DNA from: Planctomycetota bacterium
GTDB lineage: Bacteria; Planctomycetota; Planctomycetia; Pirellulales; Lacipirellulaceae
NCBI GenBank assembly: GCA_039190745.1
Contig: JBCCXZ010000002.1
Location: forward strand, 32,001 to 96,000
Reading direction: 5' to 3'
DNA: 64,000 nt
The notes under the pieces were generated by a model that was given only the letters and a program-made list of their open reading frames with translations, was not told the origin of the DNA and searched no databases. A program made the position numbers and the translations under genes. Every line of letters starts with the position of its first letter. The first letter of the stretch is position 1. This document shows, piece after piece, positions 39,017-50,161 of the stretch.

Positions 39017-39827
39017 TGTCGTCCTTCTGGATCTGGCCCTGCTGGAAGCGGCGGATGACGCGGCCGACGGCCTTGTCGGGTTCGGTCTCGAGGATCTCGG
39101 CGCGGCCGAGGTATCGCTGGCCGCGGAACACCTCGACGGTGTGGCCGGGCTTGAGGCCGTCGTCCGAACCGACGGTGATCTCGATGAGCTGCGTGCCGGA
39201 GGCCCGGCGGGTGGCACTGATGACGCCGCGGACCCGGGGGACGACCGCCTCGGCGGGCATATCCGGGTCGAGTCCGTTGGAACGCATCACGGCGCTCTTG
39301 GTGGCCAGGTCGGAGACGACTTGCTTGTTGCGTTCGGTTAGTGAGCTGAGCTGCCCCTGCAGCTGGTGGAGCTCGTCGGTCTTAGCGACCGTGACGTTGA
39401 AGGCTTCGTCGCGGACCTGCTGGTTCTCGCGGACCTCGTCGCGGAGGGACTGCACCTCGGCGGTGAGCTTCTCGTTGTTGTTCTGCGTGGCCTGGACGGC
39501 GGCGGTGTTGGCCCGCTCTTTCTGGCGGAGTTGGTCGAGCTCGGAGCGGATCGCCGAGTTCTGGCTGAGCAGGGTCACGCGCTCGGTTTCGAGCTTGCGG
39601 GCGTTCTGCTTGGCGGCTTCGAGTTCTGCCTGGAGGCGGCTGTCGAGCGACTGGTAGCGGCTTTCGAGCTCGTCGTTCGAGGCCTTCGCCGTGGCGAGCT
39701 GCTTCTGCAGGCCCTGGGCTGTCTGTTGCCAGTTCTTGTGGCTGGCGTAGACGAGCATCGACACGGCCATCACGAAGATGGAGATGACGGTGATCAGGAC
39801 CGTGAAAATCTTGCCGAGCAAGTTCAT
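38988..39827 (-). CDS. Membrane-anchored coiled-coil protein with C-terminal beta domain
   Basis: N-terminal TM (MNLLGKIFTVLI...), long heptad-rich region, then IEITVGSDDGLKPGHTVEVFR...AVGRV. Confidence 0.88.
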   Translation of the reverse strand: MNLLGKIFTVLITVISIFVMAVSMLVYASHKNWQQTAQGLQKQLATAKASNDELESRYQSLDSRLQAELEAAKQNARKLETERVTLLSQNSAIRSELDQLRQKERANTAAVQATQNNNEKLTAEVQSLRDEVRENQQVRDEAFNVTVAKTDELHQLQGQLSSLTERNKQVVSDLATKSAVMRSNGLDPDMPAEAVVPRVRGVISATRRASGTQLIEITVGSDDGLKPGHTVEVFRGQRYLGRAEILETEPDKAVGRVIRRFQQGQIQKDDNVATKLRVG

Positions 39828-39993
39828 CGCGTCGCTTCCTCTTCCGGGAGACGGGCTGCTGGTCGCCGCGCGGGGCGGCGGGGGGCGTCCGAGAGAAGAG
39901 TCCGATCTTCCGCACCGGGACGGCGGGGGGCTTGGCTCTGCGGCCAGGGGGCCCGAAACCAATGCCTCAAAACGAGTTAATCCCTAAGCTCGC

Positions 39994-40023
39994 AGTATAG
40001 TCAGGCGGAAAAATTAGTGTCAA
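39994..40023 (-). promoter_or_regulatory. Near-consensus sigma70 promoter
   Basis: Minus strand reads TTGACA-N18-TATACT. Confidence 0.75.
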
Positions 40024-40172
40024 ATTTCCGCGGGGCGGTTGAGAAACGCCAACGCCGGGCGGGGGATTGTTCGGGTGCTGCGGCCGGGATGCCGGTCGTC
40101 CGGGATACGCCGCCCCAGCCTGGAACCACTTGCCTGGAGCCGACTGCCTGGGAAGCAATACGGCGGGCCGGG

Positions 40173-40394
40173 CTAGCCCTGCGGCGGGAAGCAGCCGCAG
40201 GCGGAGCCGCACGGGCCGGGGGGCGGCGCATCTGTGCCTGTGCTGGGGCCCGCGGCGGTATGAGCGGCGGGGACGCTGAGGAGCTTGGTCAGGTTTGTGC
40301 TGCCGCAGGACTCGCACGCGACCTCGGAGTCGCCTTGGACGAGCAATTCCTGCTCGTCGCCGCAGTCCTGGCAGAGGTATTCGTAGAGCGGCAT
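40173..40394 (-). CDS. FmdB family zinc-ribbon protein
   Basis: MPLYEYLCQDCG...CESCGS...KLLS plus a Cys-rich tail. Confidence 0.9.
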   Translation of the reverse strand: MPLYEYLCQDCGDEQELLVQGDSEVACESCGSTNLTKLLSVPAAHTAAGPSTGTDAPPPGPCGSACGCFPPQG

Positions 40395-40420
40395 GGGGTA
40401 GTCTCTGCCTGTGTTGGGTT

Positions 40421-41188
40421 TCAGTCTTCGCGTCGGCGGGAGCGGAAGCGGTCGGTTGGCCGGTTGAGGATTTCGTTGGCGATCACGAGCTGCGCCATGC
40501 CGCCGGGCTTGGAGAGCAGGTCGAGCAATTCGGTCGCCATCGGGGAGGGAGTGGTCTGCGACTTGGCTGTGGCCTCGGCGTGGGTGAGCGATCCGACATT
40601 GTGCTCGAAGGTTTCTTGGAGGTGGGACTCGAACTTGTCGTCCGCGAGGGCGACCTCCTCGCCCAGGTGGTTGGGCGTCGCGGCGAGCGTAGAGACGGGC
40701 GGTTCGGTCTGCTTCTTGCGGGAGTCCGCTGCAGGCCGATCGGGCTTCTTAGCTGGCCGCGGTTCGGCGGGCGGCTTCTGGACGAGCGGGCGGCGGGGGC
40801 GATCGGGGGCCTGCTGCGGTGCGGCCGGCTCGGTGCGGGCGGCCGGCTTAGTGCGGGCTGGCGGGCGCTCGGCAACGGGGCGTTGAGAGCGGGGCGGAGC
40901 GGCCTTGGCTTCTTGCGCTGGCGGACGGCCTTGGGCGCGGCGGAGGAAGTCTTCGATCTCGTCGCGGAGCGGGTCGTTGGGCCCGCCGGCCGGTTTTCCG
41001 GCTGCGGCGGGCGGGGGTTGATTGGCGGGGCGGGGCGGGGCGGCGGGCCGCCGCTTGGGGGCCGCTTGCTTCTTTTCGTTGCGGCTGGCCATGAACTGCG
41101 CGAGCCCGGTGAGCAGGATAACAATCACCGGGAACATTCGCTGCAGCACGTCGAAGACGTCGGCGAGCAGCGGCATTTGGATATCCAT
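40421..41188 (-). CDS. Pro-rich membrane-anchored protein (YqfB-position gene)
   Basis: N-terminal TM, DEIEDFLRR, C-terminal IANEILNRP; lies directly after floA. Confidence 0.8.
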   Translation of the reverse strand: MDIQMPLLADVFDVLQRMFPVIVILLTGLAQFMASRNEKKQAAPKRRPAAPPRPANQPPPAAAGKPAGGPNDPLRDEIEDFLRRAQGRPPAQEAKAAPPRSQRPVAERPPARTKPAARTEPAAPQQAPDRPRRPLVQKPPAEPRPAKKPDRPAADSRKKQTEPPVSTLAATPNHLGEEVALADDKFESHLQETFEHNVGSLTHAEATAKSQTTPSPMATELLDLLSKPGGMAQLVIANEILNRPTDRFRSRRRED

Positions 41189-41221
41189 GGCGTTCCCTCA
41201 CTGGGTTCCCCGGAGAGGCGG

Positions 41222-42283
41222 CTACTCGGTGCGTGCGACGCCGGCCCCGGCGATCGCGTCACGCATGTCGGTGTCGGCCTGGACGTTCTTCAACTGGTAG
41301 TAATCCATGATGCCGAGCTGGCCGCCGCGGAAGGCGTCGGCCATCGCCTTGGGGACCTCGGCCTCGGCCTCGACGACGCGGGCGCGGTTCTCTTCGATCT
41401 TGGCGGTGTTCTCTTGCTCGGTGGCGATCGCCGCGGCGCGTTTCTTCTCGGCGTTAGCGCGGGCGACACGGGTGTCGGCCTCGGCCTGGTCGGCTTGGAG
41501 GCGGGCGCCGATGTTGTCGCCCACGTCGATGTCGGCGATGTCGATCGAGACGATCTCGAACGCGGTCTGCGAGTCGAGCCGGCGGGCGAGCACGGCCTTG
41601 GAGATCTGGTCGGGGTTCTCGAGCACCGAGGCGTGGTTGGCGGCGGAGCCGATGGCGCTGACGATGCCCTCGCCGACGCGGGCGACGATGGTTTCTTCGG
41701 TGGCGCCGCCGACGAGTTGGTTCAGGTTGGCGCGGACCGTGACGCGGGCCTTCACCTTGAGCTGGATGCCGTCTTTGGCGATCGCGTCGAGCGAAGGCTT
41801 CTTCGACTGGCGCGAAGGGCAGTCGATTACCCGCGGGTAGACGCTGGTTTGGACCGCTTCAAGAATATTGCGGCCGGCAAGGTCGATCGCCGCGGCCTGC
41901 TTGAAGTCGAGGTCGATGATCTTGGCTTTGCGGGCGGCGATCATGGCGCGGATCACCAGCGGCACGTTGCCGCGGGAGAGGTAGTGGGCTTCGAGGTCTT
42001 TGATCGAGATGCCCTCCGAGTCGTCGAGCCCTGCCTGGACAGCCATGATCTTACTGCGGACCAGCACCGACGAGTTCACCTTGCGGAACCGCATGCGGAT
42101 GAGGTCCATCAGGCCGATGTTGGCCCCGGTGGCGACCGAGAGGATGTAGAGGCGGAAGAAGTTGGCCAGGATCGCGATGCCCACCAGCACGAAGATGAGG
42201 GCGACAATCGCGATGAGGAACCAGACCTGCAGCGGGACGTCGGCCGCGAGGAGGATCGGCAGCGAGTGGGTGGCGTCGGGCAT
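41222..42283 (-). CDS. floA: Flotillin-like protein FloA (YqfA family)
   Basis: [42 protein letters not shown] and NVQADTDMR motifs. Confidence 0.95.
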   Translation of the reverse strand: MPDATHSLPILLAADVPLQVWFLIAIVALIFVLVGIAILANFFRLYILSVATGANIGLMDLIRMRFRKVNSSVLVRSKIMAVQAGLDDSEGISIKDLEAHYLSRGNVPLVIRAMIAARKAKIIDLDFKQAAAIDLAGRNILEAVQTSVYPRVIDCPSRQSKKPSLDAIAKDGIQLKVKARVTVRANLNQLVGGATEETIVARVGEGIVSAIGSAANHASVLENPDQISKAVLARRLDSQTAFEIVSIDIADIDVGDNIGARLQADQAEADTRVARANAEKKRAAAIATEQENTAKIEENRARVVEAEAEVPKAMADAFRGGQLGIMDYYQLKNVQADTDMRDAIAGAGVARTE

Positions 42284-42365
42284 CTTGCGGGCAGCTCTCG
42301 CGGGGTGTTCTTTTGCCTTGCAGACTTTCTGTCGCAGAACGCTTTATTAGAGGGAACGGGCCGGG

Positions 42366-42947
42366 CTACGCCAACGGGTCGTCTATGGAATCGAGCCCCA
42401 GGTCTTCGATCGGGCGGTTGAGCAGCTCTTCGGACTGCGTGGGGGCGGCAGGGGCTTCGTCGCGTCGGGCGAGGCGGACGACCACGCGGTTGCCGCGGAC
42501 TTCTTCGACGACAACGGGCTGGCCGGGCTCGATCGCCTGGCCGCGGGCGACCGCGTCGATCAGCCGGCCGTCGATCCGGACGGCGCCTGCGGGGAGCATC
42601 TTGGAATGGGCGACGCCGGTCTTGCCGACCAGGGTGCGGCGCGGCTCTTCGGGCGCGGATTCTTCTTCGCTGGCGACCTCGCCCAGAAATGCCTTGCCCA
42701 TCGGCGTGTGCGGCCAGTACTTGAAGGCGAGTGCCACAGCGACGGGCACGGCAACGACAGAGAGCACGACAAACCCGATGCCGGTTTCGGTGCTGCGGCG
42801 GAAGGCGAACACCACGGCCGCCACGAGCAGGGCGACCGCCACAAAACTAAGCAGACCGCCCGAGGGGAGGAACACCTCCAGCACGAAGCAGGCGAGGCCG
42901 AGCATCATGAGGACGATCGCGATGGTAATCGGGTCGAGGATGGTCAT
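42366..42947 (-). CDS. Short NfeD family protein
   Basis: LEVFLPSGG TM bundle plus C-terminal OB-fold (GKTGVA...PAGAVRIDG...VRGNRVVV). Confidence 0.9.
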   Translation of the reverse strand: MTILDPITIAIVLMMLGLACFVLEVFLPSGGLLSFVAVALLVAAVVFAFRRSTETGIGFVVLSVVAVPVAVALAFKYWPHTPMGKAFLGEVASEEESAPEEPRRTLVGKTGVAHSKMLPAGAVRIDGRLIDAVARGQAIEPGQPVVVEEVRGNRVVVRLARRDEAPAAPTQSEELLNRPIEDLGLDSIDDPLA

Positions 42948-43097
42948 CGGTTCGAGTACTGGGCGGGGTCTCGGGGTTCGATCGGGGCTAACGGACTCTC
43001 TTCTCAGATTCTACCACTGGCCGAACGGATCGGCGAAGCCCCGCGGGTGCTGCGAGGCGCCGTCGGCTTGCCCAAAGGGCCTAGGCTCGGCAGACGC

Positions 43098-45368
43098 TTA
43101 AGCTCGACGGACTACCACGCGGGTGGCCTGGGTGTCGACCACGACAATCGGCGTGCCCTTGTCGATGATGTCGGCCTCGGCGATGACGTCCAGCAGCTCG
43201 CCGTCGATGTCGGCCTTGCCGGCGGGGCGGAGGTCGGTCGCAGCAGAGCCTGTCTGCCCGAGGAGGTGGCTGTAGTCGGCGAGCGTTTCACGGCGCTCCT
43301 GGATTTCCTTTTCCTCCGGGGTGGCGGCGTCGAGCACCATTTCTTTGTACATCGGCGACGAGAAGATCAGCCGTCGGGAAGCGAAGCCGATTACCACAAA
43401 AGCGATCGTCGCGAGCGCCACCGAGCCAATCGAGCGCACAAGCTGCTGCAACTCGCCGTCGCTTGCAGGGACGACGAAGGTGAGGCTTGCGAGCACGAGC
43501 GAGGCAACGATCATCGCGGCGCCGCCGAGCCCGAAAATACCGAAGCCCGGCAGCACGAAAATCTCCAGCAGAAGGAAGCCGATGCCCGCGACAAACAGCA
43601 GCACCTCCAGCCAGCCGGCGGTGCCGTTGAGGAAGTTGCTCCAGAAGAACAGCAGGAAGGCAACCGAAGCGACAAACCCGCCGACGCCGACGCCGGGCAT
43701 GCGGAGCTCGAAGTAGACGCCCATGATGCCGACCATGATGAGCACGGCGCCCAGCTCGGGCGCGGCGAGGGCCTCGACGAATTCTAGGGCGAGGTTCGGC
43801 TTTAGCTGCTTGGGCGGCTCGCCGAGCAGGTACCGCTCTTGCAGTTCGTCGAAGCTGGCGACGACGTGGTCGGCCAGGCCGAGTCGGTCGGCGGCGTCGG
43901 GGGTGAACACGAGCGGGCCATCGTCGGCGAGGGCGGGGCCCACGGCGGCCCAAGCCGCGGCGTCGGGGAGCGAAGCGGCCTCGTCGCGGCTCATGATGCG
44001 GGTCTCGCCGGTTTGCGCTTGCCGATAAACCGAGAGGTCGATGGCCGGGTTGATCATGGCGGCCATGAGCGACCACGTCCGGCGTGCGTTGAGGGCCACC
44101 TCTGTGAGCACGGCCTCGGCGTTGGCGAGCATCGCTTCGTCGGGCGTTTCGAGGCTGGGGCCGACGCCCAGGGCCGAGCCCTCCTGCAGGACGATCTCGT
44201 CGCAGGCTAGCGCGACCAGCGCGGCGCCGCCGCGGGCCTCGACCGGCACATAGGCCACGGTGCGGACAGAATTGTGGTCGAGGTTCGCCAGCCAGCGGGC
44301 GAGGTCGACGCACGCGACGAGGTCGCCGCCGAGGCTGTCGATCCTCAAGGCCACCCAGTTGGCGCGGTCCGCCTGATCGGCGTCGAGCTCCATGCCGACG
44401 AGGGTCTCAACGCGGCGGGCGACGCGGGGCGTAATGGGGCCCGTTAAGTCAACAACCACCGGCCGCCACGCGTCGCCGATGGCGCCGGATTCGGTCAGGC
44501 TGTCTTCGGCGACGCCGACCGACCGGGCCAGCCCGCCGGTGTCGCGGGCGAGATACTTCACGAAGCCGAAGCGTCGGCCGTCTTTGCCGTTGATCGGCCC
44601 GGTCGAGCCGCGGGGGATGACGGTCGACTGGCGAATCAGCTCACGGGTCTTGGTGAACTCCTCTAGGTCGCGGCGGAAGACGAACTGCAGGCCTTGTTCT
44701 GTCTCGACCTCGAGCACCTCACGGCCGGGATCGACCATGCCGAGCGCGAGAGCCTCGGGCACGGTGCGTGTCGAATTGGCGATCTCGCGGTAGGCGGCGA
44801 CGACGGTCTCACTGACGGGCTCGCCCTGCGGGTCGTCGGCGGGGGCGTTGCCGATTTCGGCTGCGGGGGCCATGACGATCTCTTCGCAGGCCATCGCCAG
44901 GAGCACCCCGTGGCCTTCAACGGTTCGGGGGAGGAACGCCACGGTTTTGACGCCGGCCATCTCGCGGCCGCCGAGGAACCGGGCTACCGCGAGCGAACGC
45001 TCGAAGCGGCCGCCCTCGCTGACCGAGGAGCCGGGCACGAGTTCGATCACCAGCACCGGTCGGCGAGCGTCGCCGGTGGCGCGGGCGGCCTCGAGCAAGC
45101 GGTCCCGGCTGCGGGTGAGCGTGCGTTGCACCGAGCTGTCGGCGCTGCCGGTCAGCGGCAGGCGGACGCGGACGAGTGCGGCGGGCGTGGAGGCCTTCGG
45201 CGCTTTCTGATCGCTTTCTTCCGCTGTTTGCTGAGGAGCGGGTGCGGCGTCGGCCTGATCTTGCTCGGCGCCATCCTGGCCGGCAACTGGTGAGGCGGCG
45301 ATTGTGCAGAGCACCAGCGCGGCGAGCCAAGCGTAGGCGTTTTGCTGCGGGTCGCGCATACAGGTCAT
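43098..45368 (-). CDS. Long NfeD family protein with tandem ClpP/crotonase-like domains
   Basis: Signal peptide; two ..AC(E/D)EIV.. repeats; ELRMPG/LEIFVLPGFG TM domain; OB-fold DLRPAGKA. Confidence 0.9.
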   Translation of the reverse strand: MTCMRDPQQNAYAWLAALVLCTIAASPVAGQDGAEQDQADAAPAPQQTAEESDQKAPKASTPAALVRVRLPLTGSADSSVQRTLTRSRDRLLEAARATGDARRPVLVIELVPGSSVSEGGRFERSLAVARFLGGREMAGVKTVAFLPRTVEGHGVLLAMACEEIVMAPAAEIGNAPADDPQGEPVSETVVAAYREIANSTRTVPEALALGMVDPGREVLEVETEQGLQFVFRRDLEEFTKTRELIRQSTVIPRGSTGPINGKDGRRFGFVKYLARDTGGLARSVGVAEDSLTESGAIGDAWRPVVVDLTGPITPRVARRVETLVGMELDADQADRANWVALRIDSLGGDLVACVDLARWLANLDHNSVRTVAYVPVEARGGAALVALACDEIVLQEGSALGVGPSLETPDEAMLANAEAVLTEVALNARRTWSLMAAMINPAIDLSVYRQAQTGETRIMSRDEAASLPDAAAWAAVGPALADDGPLVFTPDAADRLGLADHVVASFDELQERYLLGEPPKQLKPNLALEFVEALAAPELGAVLIMVGIMGVYFELRMPGVGVGGFVASVAFLLFFWSNFLNGTAGWLEVLLFVAGIGFLLLEIFVLPGFGIFGLGGAAMIVASLVLASLTFVVPASDGELQQLVRSIGSVALATIAFVVIGFASRRLIFSSPMYKEMVLDAATPEEKEIQERRETLADYSHLLGQTGSAATDLRPAGKADIDGELLDVIAEADIIDKGTPIVVVDTQATRVVVRRA

Positions 45369-45483
45369 CCGGGGCCTTTCCTTAGTTCCGCAGACCGGAC
45401 CGGATCGGGTCTGTCGATCCGGGCCTTCACGGCGGAATTATAGGCCTGTAACCGCCGGGCAGCAAAGAAAGGCAACCGCGGCC

Positions 45484-46377
45484 TTAGCGGCGTGCGCCGT
45501 ACTGCGACCGCAGGGCCACCCGCATGCCGCCTTTGACGACCTGCTCGAAGCTGCCGGCTGCGGTGGTCTGTGTGCTGGTGAGGCTCAGCGGGCCGTTCAC
45601 CTCGGCGGCGATGGTGCGGCACGTGGCGACCTCGATCGCCATCCGGCCGGTGACCTGGAACTCTTGGGCCTCGCTGTCGCGGTCGACCGCGTCGATGGTG
45701 GTGGCGAACACGGCGCACGATTGGTCGTCGATCTCCTTGATGTGCTCCAGCTGCATGGTCATGCGGCGGACCTCGCCGACGTCGCCGCTGAGGCCGAGCA
45801 GTTGCTCGGCCAGTTCGCGGGGGACCTCGATGGTCTCGCCCATCGGGATCGCGTGCGCCAACAGGAACTCGGCGAGCGGGTTGGGCTTGCCGAACGTCTT
45901 CAGTGATTCGTACACGAGCTCGAATTCTTGCCGCGGCGGGAGCGTGCCGTCGGGTTTGCGGATTTTGAGGCGGTCGTCGACGCGTTCGACGAGGTAGCTC
46001 TTGCCCTCGACGGATTGCGGGGTCATCTCGTCGGGCGTCTCGCCCTCGGGCCCCTGCCGGCGGCTGATGGGGAACGAGACCTCGCCCCGCCGCACGCGGC
46101 CGTCGACCACTTCGAGCACCTTCACCACGCGCTGCTGCTTGCGGTGGATGGTGGAGCGGCTCTCGTGGGCGATCTGCTCGGACTGGGTGATGGTGGTGGT
46201 GACGTCGAGCTCGACCTCGACCTGCTGAACAACGCTGTCGCCGACAGCGGCGGGTTGCTGCTGGAAGCTGACGTAGTTTGTAGTCTTGGGACCGGTCTCG
46301 TCTTCGGCCGCGGATGCGGGCAGGGCTGTGATAGTGACGAACAGAAGAGCGAACGAAGCGCGGCGATAGGTATGCAT
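45484..46377 (-). CDS. Hypothetical secreted beta-rich protein
   Basis: Signal peptide MHTYRRASFALLFVTITALPASA; the longer ORF-track start runs through REP DNA. Confidence 0.8.
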   Translation of the reverse strand: MHTYRRASFALLFVTITALPASAAEDETGPKTTNYVSFQQQPAAVGDSVVQQVEVELDVTTTITQSEQIAHESRSTIHRKQQRVVKVLEVVDGRVRRGEVSFPISRRQGPEGETPDEMTPQSVEGKSYLVERVDDRLKIRKPDGTLPPRQEFELVYESLKTFGKPNPLAEFLLAHAIPMGETIEVPRELAEQLLGLSGDVGEVRRMTMQLEHIKEIDDQSCAVFATTIDAVDRDSEAQEFQVTGRMAIEVATCRTIAAEVNGPLSLTSTQTTAAGSFEQVVKGGMRVALRSQYGARR

Positions 46378-46397
46378 GACGATGCCGTTTATTGTTT

Positions 46398-46471
46398 GGT
46401 GCCATGCCCACGCTTGCGTGGGCATGGCGACCTGGTGATTCACATGCCCACGCAAGCGTGGGCATGGCACC
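46398..46471. repeat. REP doublet (REPIN-like), family 1
   Basis: GGTGCCATGCCCACGCTTGCGTGGGCATG (46398-46426) and its exact reverse complement (46443-46471); each unit is internally palindromic. Confidence 0.9.
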
Positions 46472-46567
46472 GGGGGACTGGAGAAGTGGCGCGGGATGGT
46501 CGCCGCTGGGCGGGGTGTGGTCAACGGCAAGTTGCTGGCGGATGCGGTTGCTAGCAGGCAGCAGCAA

Positions 46568-46646
46568 CGTAGGATGGGTGCTTGCACCCATCTTCTCTGT
46601 CGATGTCCCCTCGCTAGGCAAGATGGGTGCGAGCACCCATCCTACG
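46568..46646. repeat. REP doublet (REPIN-like), GTAG family
   Basis: CGTAGGATGGGTGCTTGCACCCATCTT (46568-46594) and inverted copy AAGATGGGTGCGAGCACCCATCCTACG (46620-46646). Confidence 0.9.
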
Positions 46647-47526
46647 ATTGCTCGGCGAGCATCTGATCTAATGCCGCAACGGCGACCGGCCAGCCGGTGA
46701 CGGAGTCGCGATAGGTATTCCACCAGTTGTGAAGAGCTTCGGCCGTGGGGGCGGGGTCGCCAGGGACACAGTGCCAGGCTTCGAGCGCCGCGGGGAGCAT
46801 CTCCACGCCGCCGGCGGCGAGGCCGAGGTCTTCGCTGGCGGCGAGCGCCACCGGCACCGTGGCCAGCGCCGAAGCACGCGCGGCACGCAGCGGGCCGACC
46901 GCTTCGGCGACCGCGGGCAGGTCGGCGTTGAGCTGCGCGAGGAGCCAGCCTAGGCGGAGCGTCTCGGCGAGGTCGGGGCGGGCGTCGGTGAGCAGGCCCT
47001 CGAACACCACGCGGTTAGTGATGGGGTAGGCGTAGCCGTGGCCGCCGGCGAGCGGGGCGACCAGCACCACCTCGGCCGAGTCGGGCGTGAGTTGAGCACC
47101 GGCTAGGCGGTGCATCGCCTTGAGCAGCCCTGGGCCGCGGGCCTCCCACTGCTCCCGCAGCGGGCGGGTGCGGGCGACGAGTTCTTCGGCCAGCTTGGGG
47201 CGCTGGCGCATCATCGTCGACTCGAGCGACGCGACCGCGGCGGCGAGCGTGCTCACGCGGGCGTCGGTGGTTTCCGATTGGCCGAAGACGCGCACCAACG
47301 CAGCACGGGCCAGCTCGCGGTTGTTCTCAAACTGGGCCGAGAGCGAACCGAGCGCCCGCAGGAGTGCTTCAGCGTTGTCGCCGTACTCTACTGTTGCACG
47401 CAGCAAGCCCTCCGCCTGGGGCAGCAACTCGGCGGCAAGCTGCGTGTCGACAATCTCCAGCCCGTCGCCGATGACGCGGGCGGCGTGGCTGCAGCTGGCG
47501 GAGGTGCTGGTCTTCCAGGTGAGCAT
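46642..47526 (-). CDS. Conserved hypothetical protein
   Basis: 294-aa ORF with coding-like bias; QWEARGPGLL and LGWLLAQLN blocks. Confidence 0.8.
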   Translation of the reverse strand: MLTWKTSTSASCSHAARVIGDGLEIVDTQLAAELLPQAEGLLRATVEYGDNAEALLRALGSLSAQFENNRELARAALVRVFGQSETTDARVSTLAAAVASLESTMMRQRPKLAEELVARTRPLREQWEARGPGLLKAMHRLAGAQLTPDSAEVVLVAPLAGGHGYAYPITNRVVFEGLLTDARPDLAETLRLGWLLAQLNADLPAVAEAVGPLRAARASALATVPVALAASEDLGLAAGGVEMLPAALEAWHCVPGDPAPTAEALHNWWNTYRDSVTGWPVAVAALDQMLAEQS

Positions 47527-47528
47527 GA

Positions 47529-47645
47529 GGAATGTGAGATGTAGGATGTGAGGTTGACGATGTCAGAGGGAAAAGAAATCGCAACGGCAAGTTCAGACCC
47601 GTACCGCTTTCACATCGTCAATCTAACATCTTCCATTTCACTTCC
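47529..47645. repeat. Imperfect inverted repeat with roughly 7-nt periodicity
   Basis: Left arm GGAATGTGAGATGTAGGATGTGAGGTTGACGATGTCAGAG; reverse complement of right arm GGAAGTGAAATGGAAGATGTTAGATTGACGATGTGAAAG. Confidence 0.7.
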
Positions 47646-47649
47646 ACTC

Positions 47650-49707
<2,058 letters not shown>

Positions 49708-50161
49708 CGAGTAGCGGGTTCGGTTAAGGGGTTGCGGCGTGGCTGGGGGCGTATTCTACCGGCAGTCCGCGGGGGCCGGGAGGTCGCTGGCGCCGGAGTG
49801 GCGCGGCATTCGCACTACGGGCGTGCGGCTACGGCTCAATGAGCGGTCGCCGGCATAAAACCCGGGAATTCGCACCCGCGGGTGAGATTGGCCTTGTAGG
49901 AATTACGCATGTTCAAGACAGTCCGTCCCCCCACCGGCGTCCCCCCTTGAGACCTACCCGCAACCTGAGAGACCTACCCCCGCACCGGCGGCGCTTTTGA
50001 GCTGGAAGGATCTGGCCGACGCGACGCGAGTGGTGCACCGCTTCTGAGAACAGACCCGGCTGAGGCTGGCGGCGTTCGCGCTGTTGGCGCCCGAGGGTCG
50101 CCCCACAACCAAGACTTCCCGCTTTGCCGGGCGGCCGCGCTGGTATCCATGGAGGGAACCG

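Noticed and set aside
40295..42421. 708-aa plus-strand ORF
   Set aside because: Antisense shadow of floA and its neighbour.
46398..46646. Possible CRISPR array
   Set aside because: Repeats are inverted pairs of two different sequences, not direct repeats with spacers, and no cas genes are present.
45365..46723. 452-aa minus-strand ORF
   Set aside because: Arg-rich off-frame translation that reads through REP elements; the real gene is 45484-46377.
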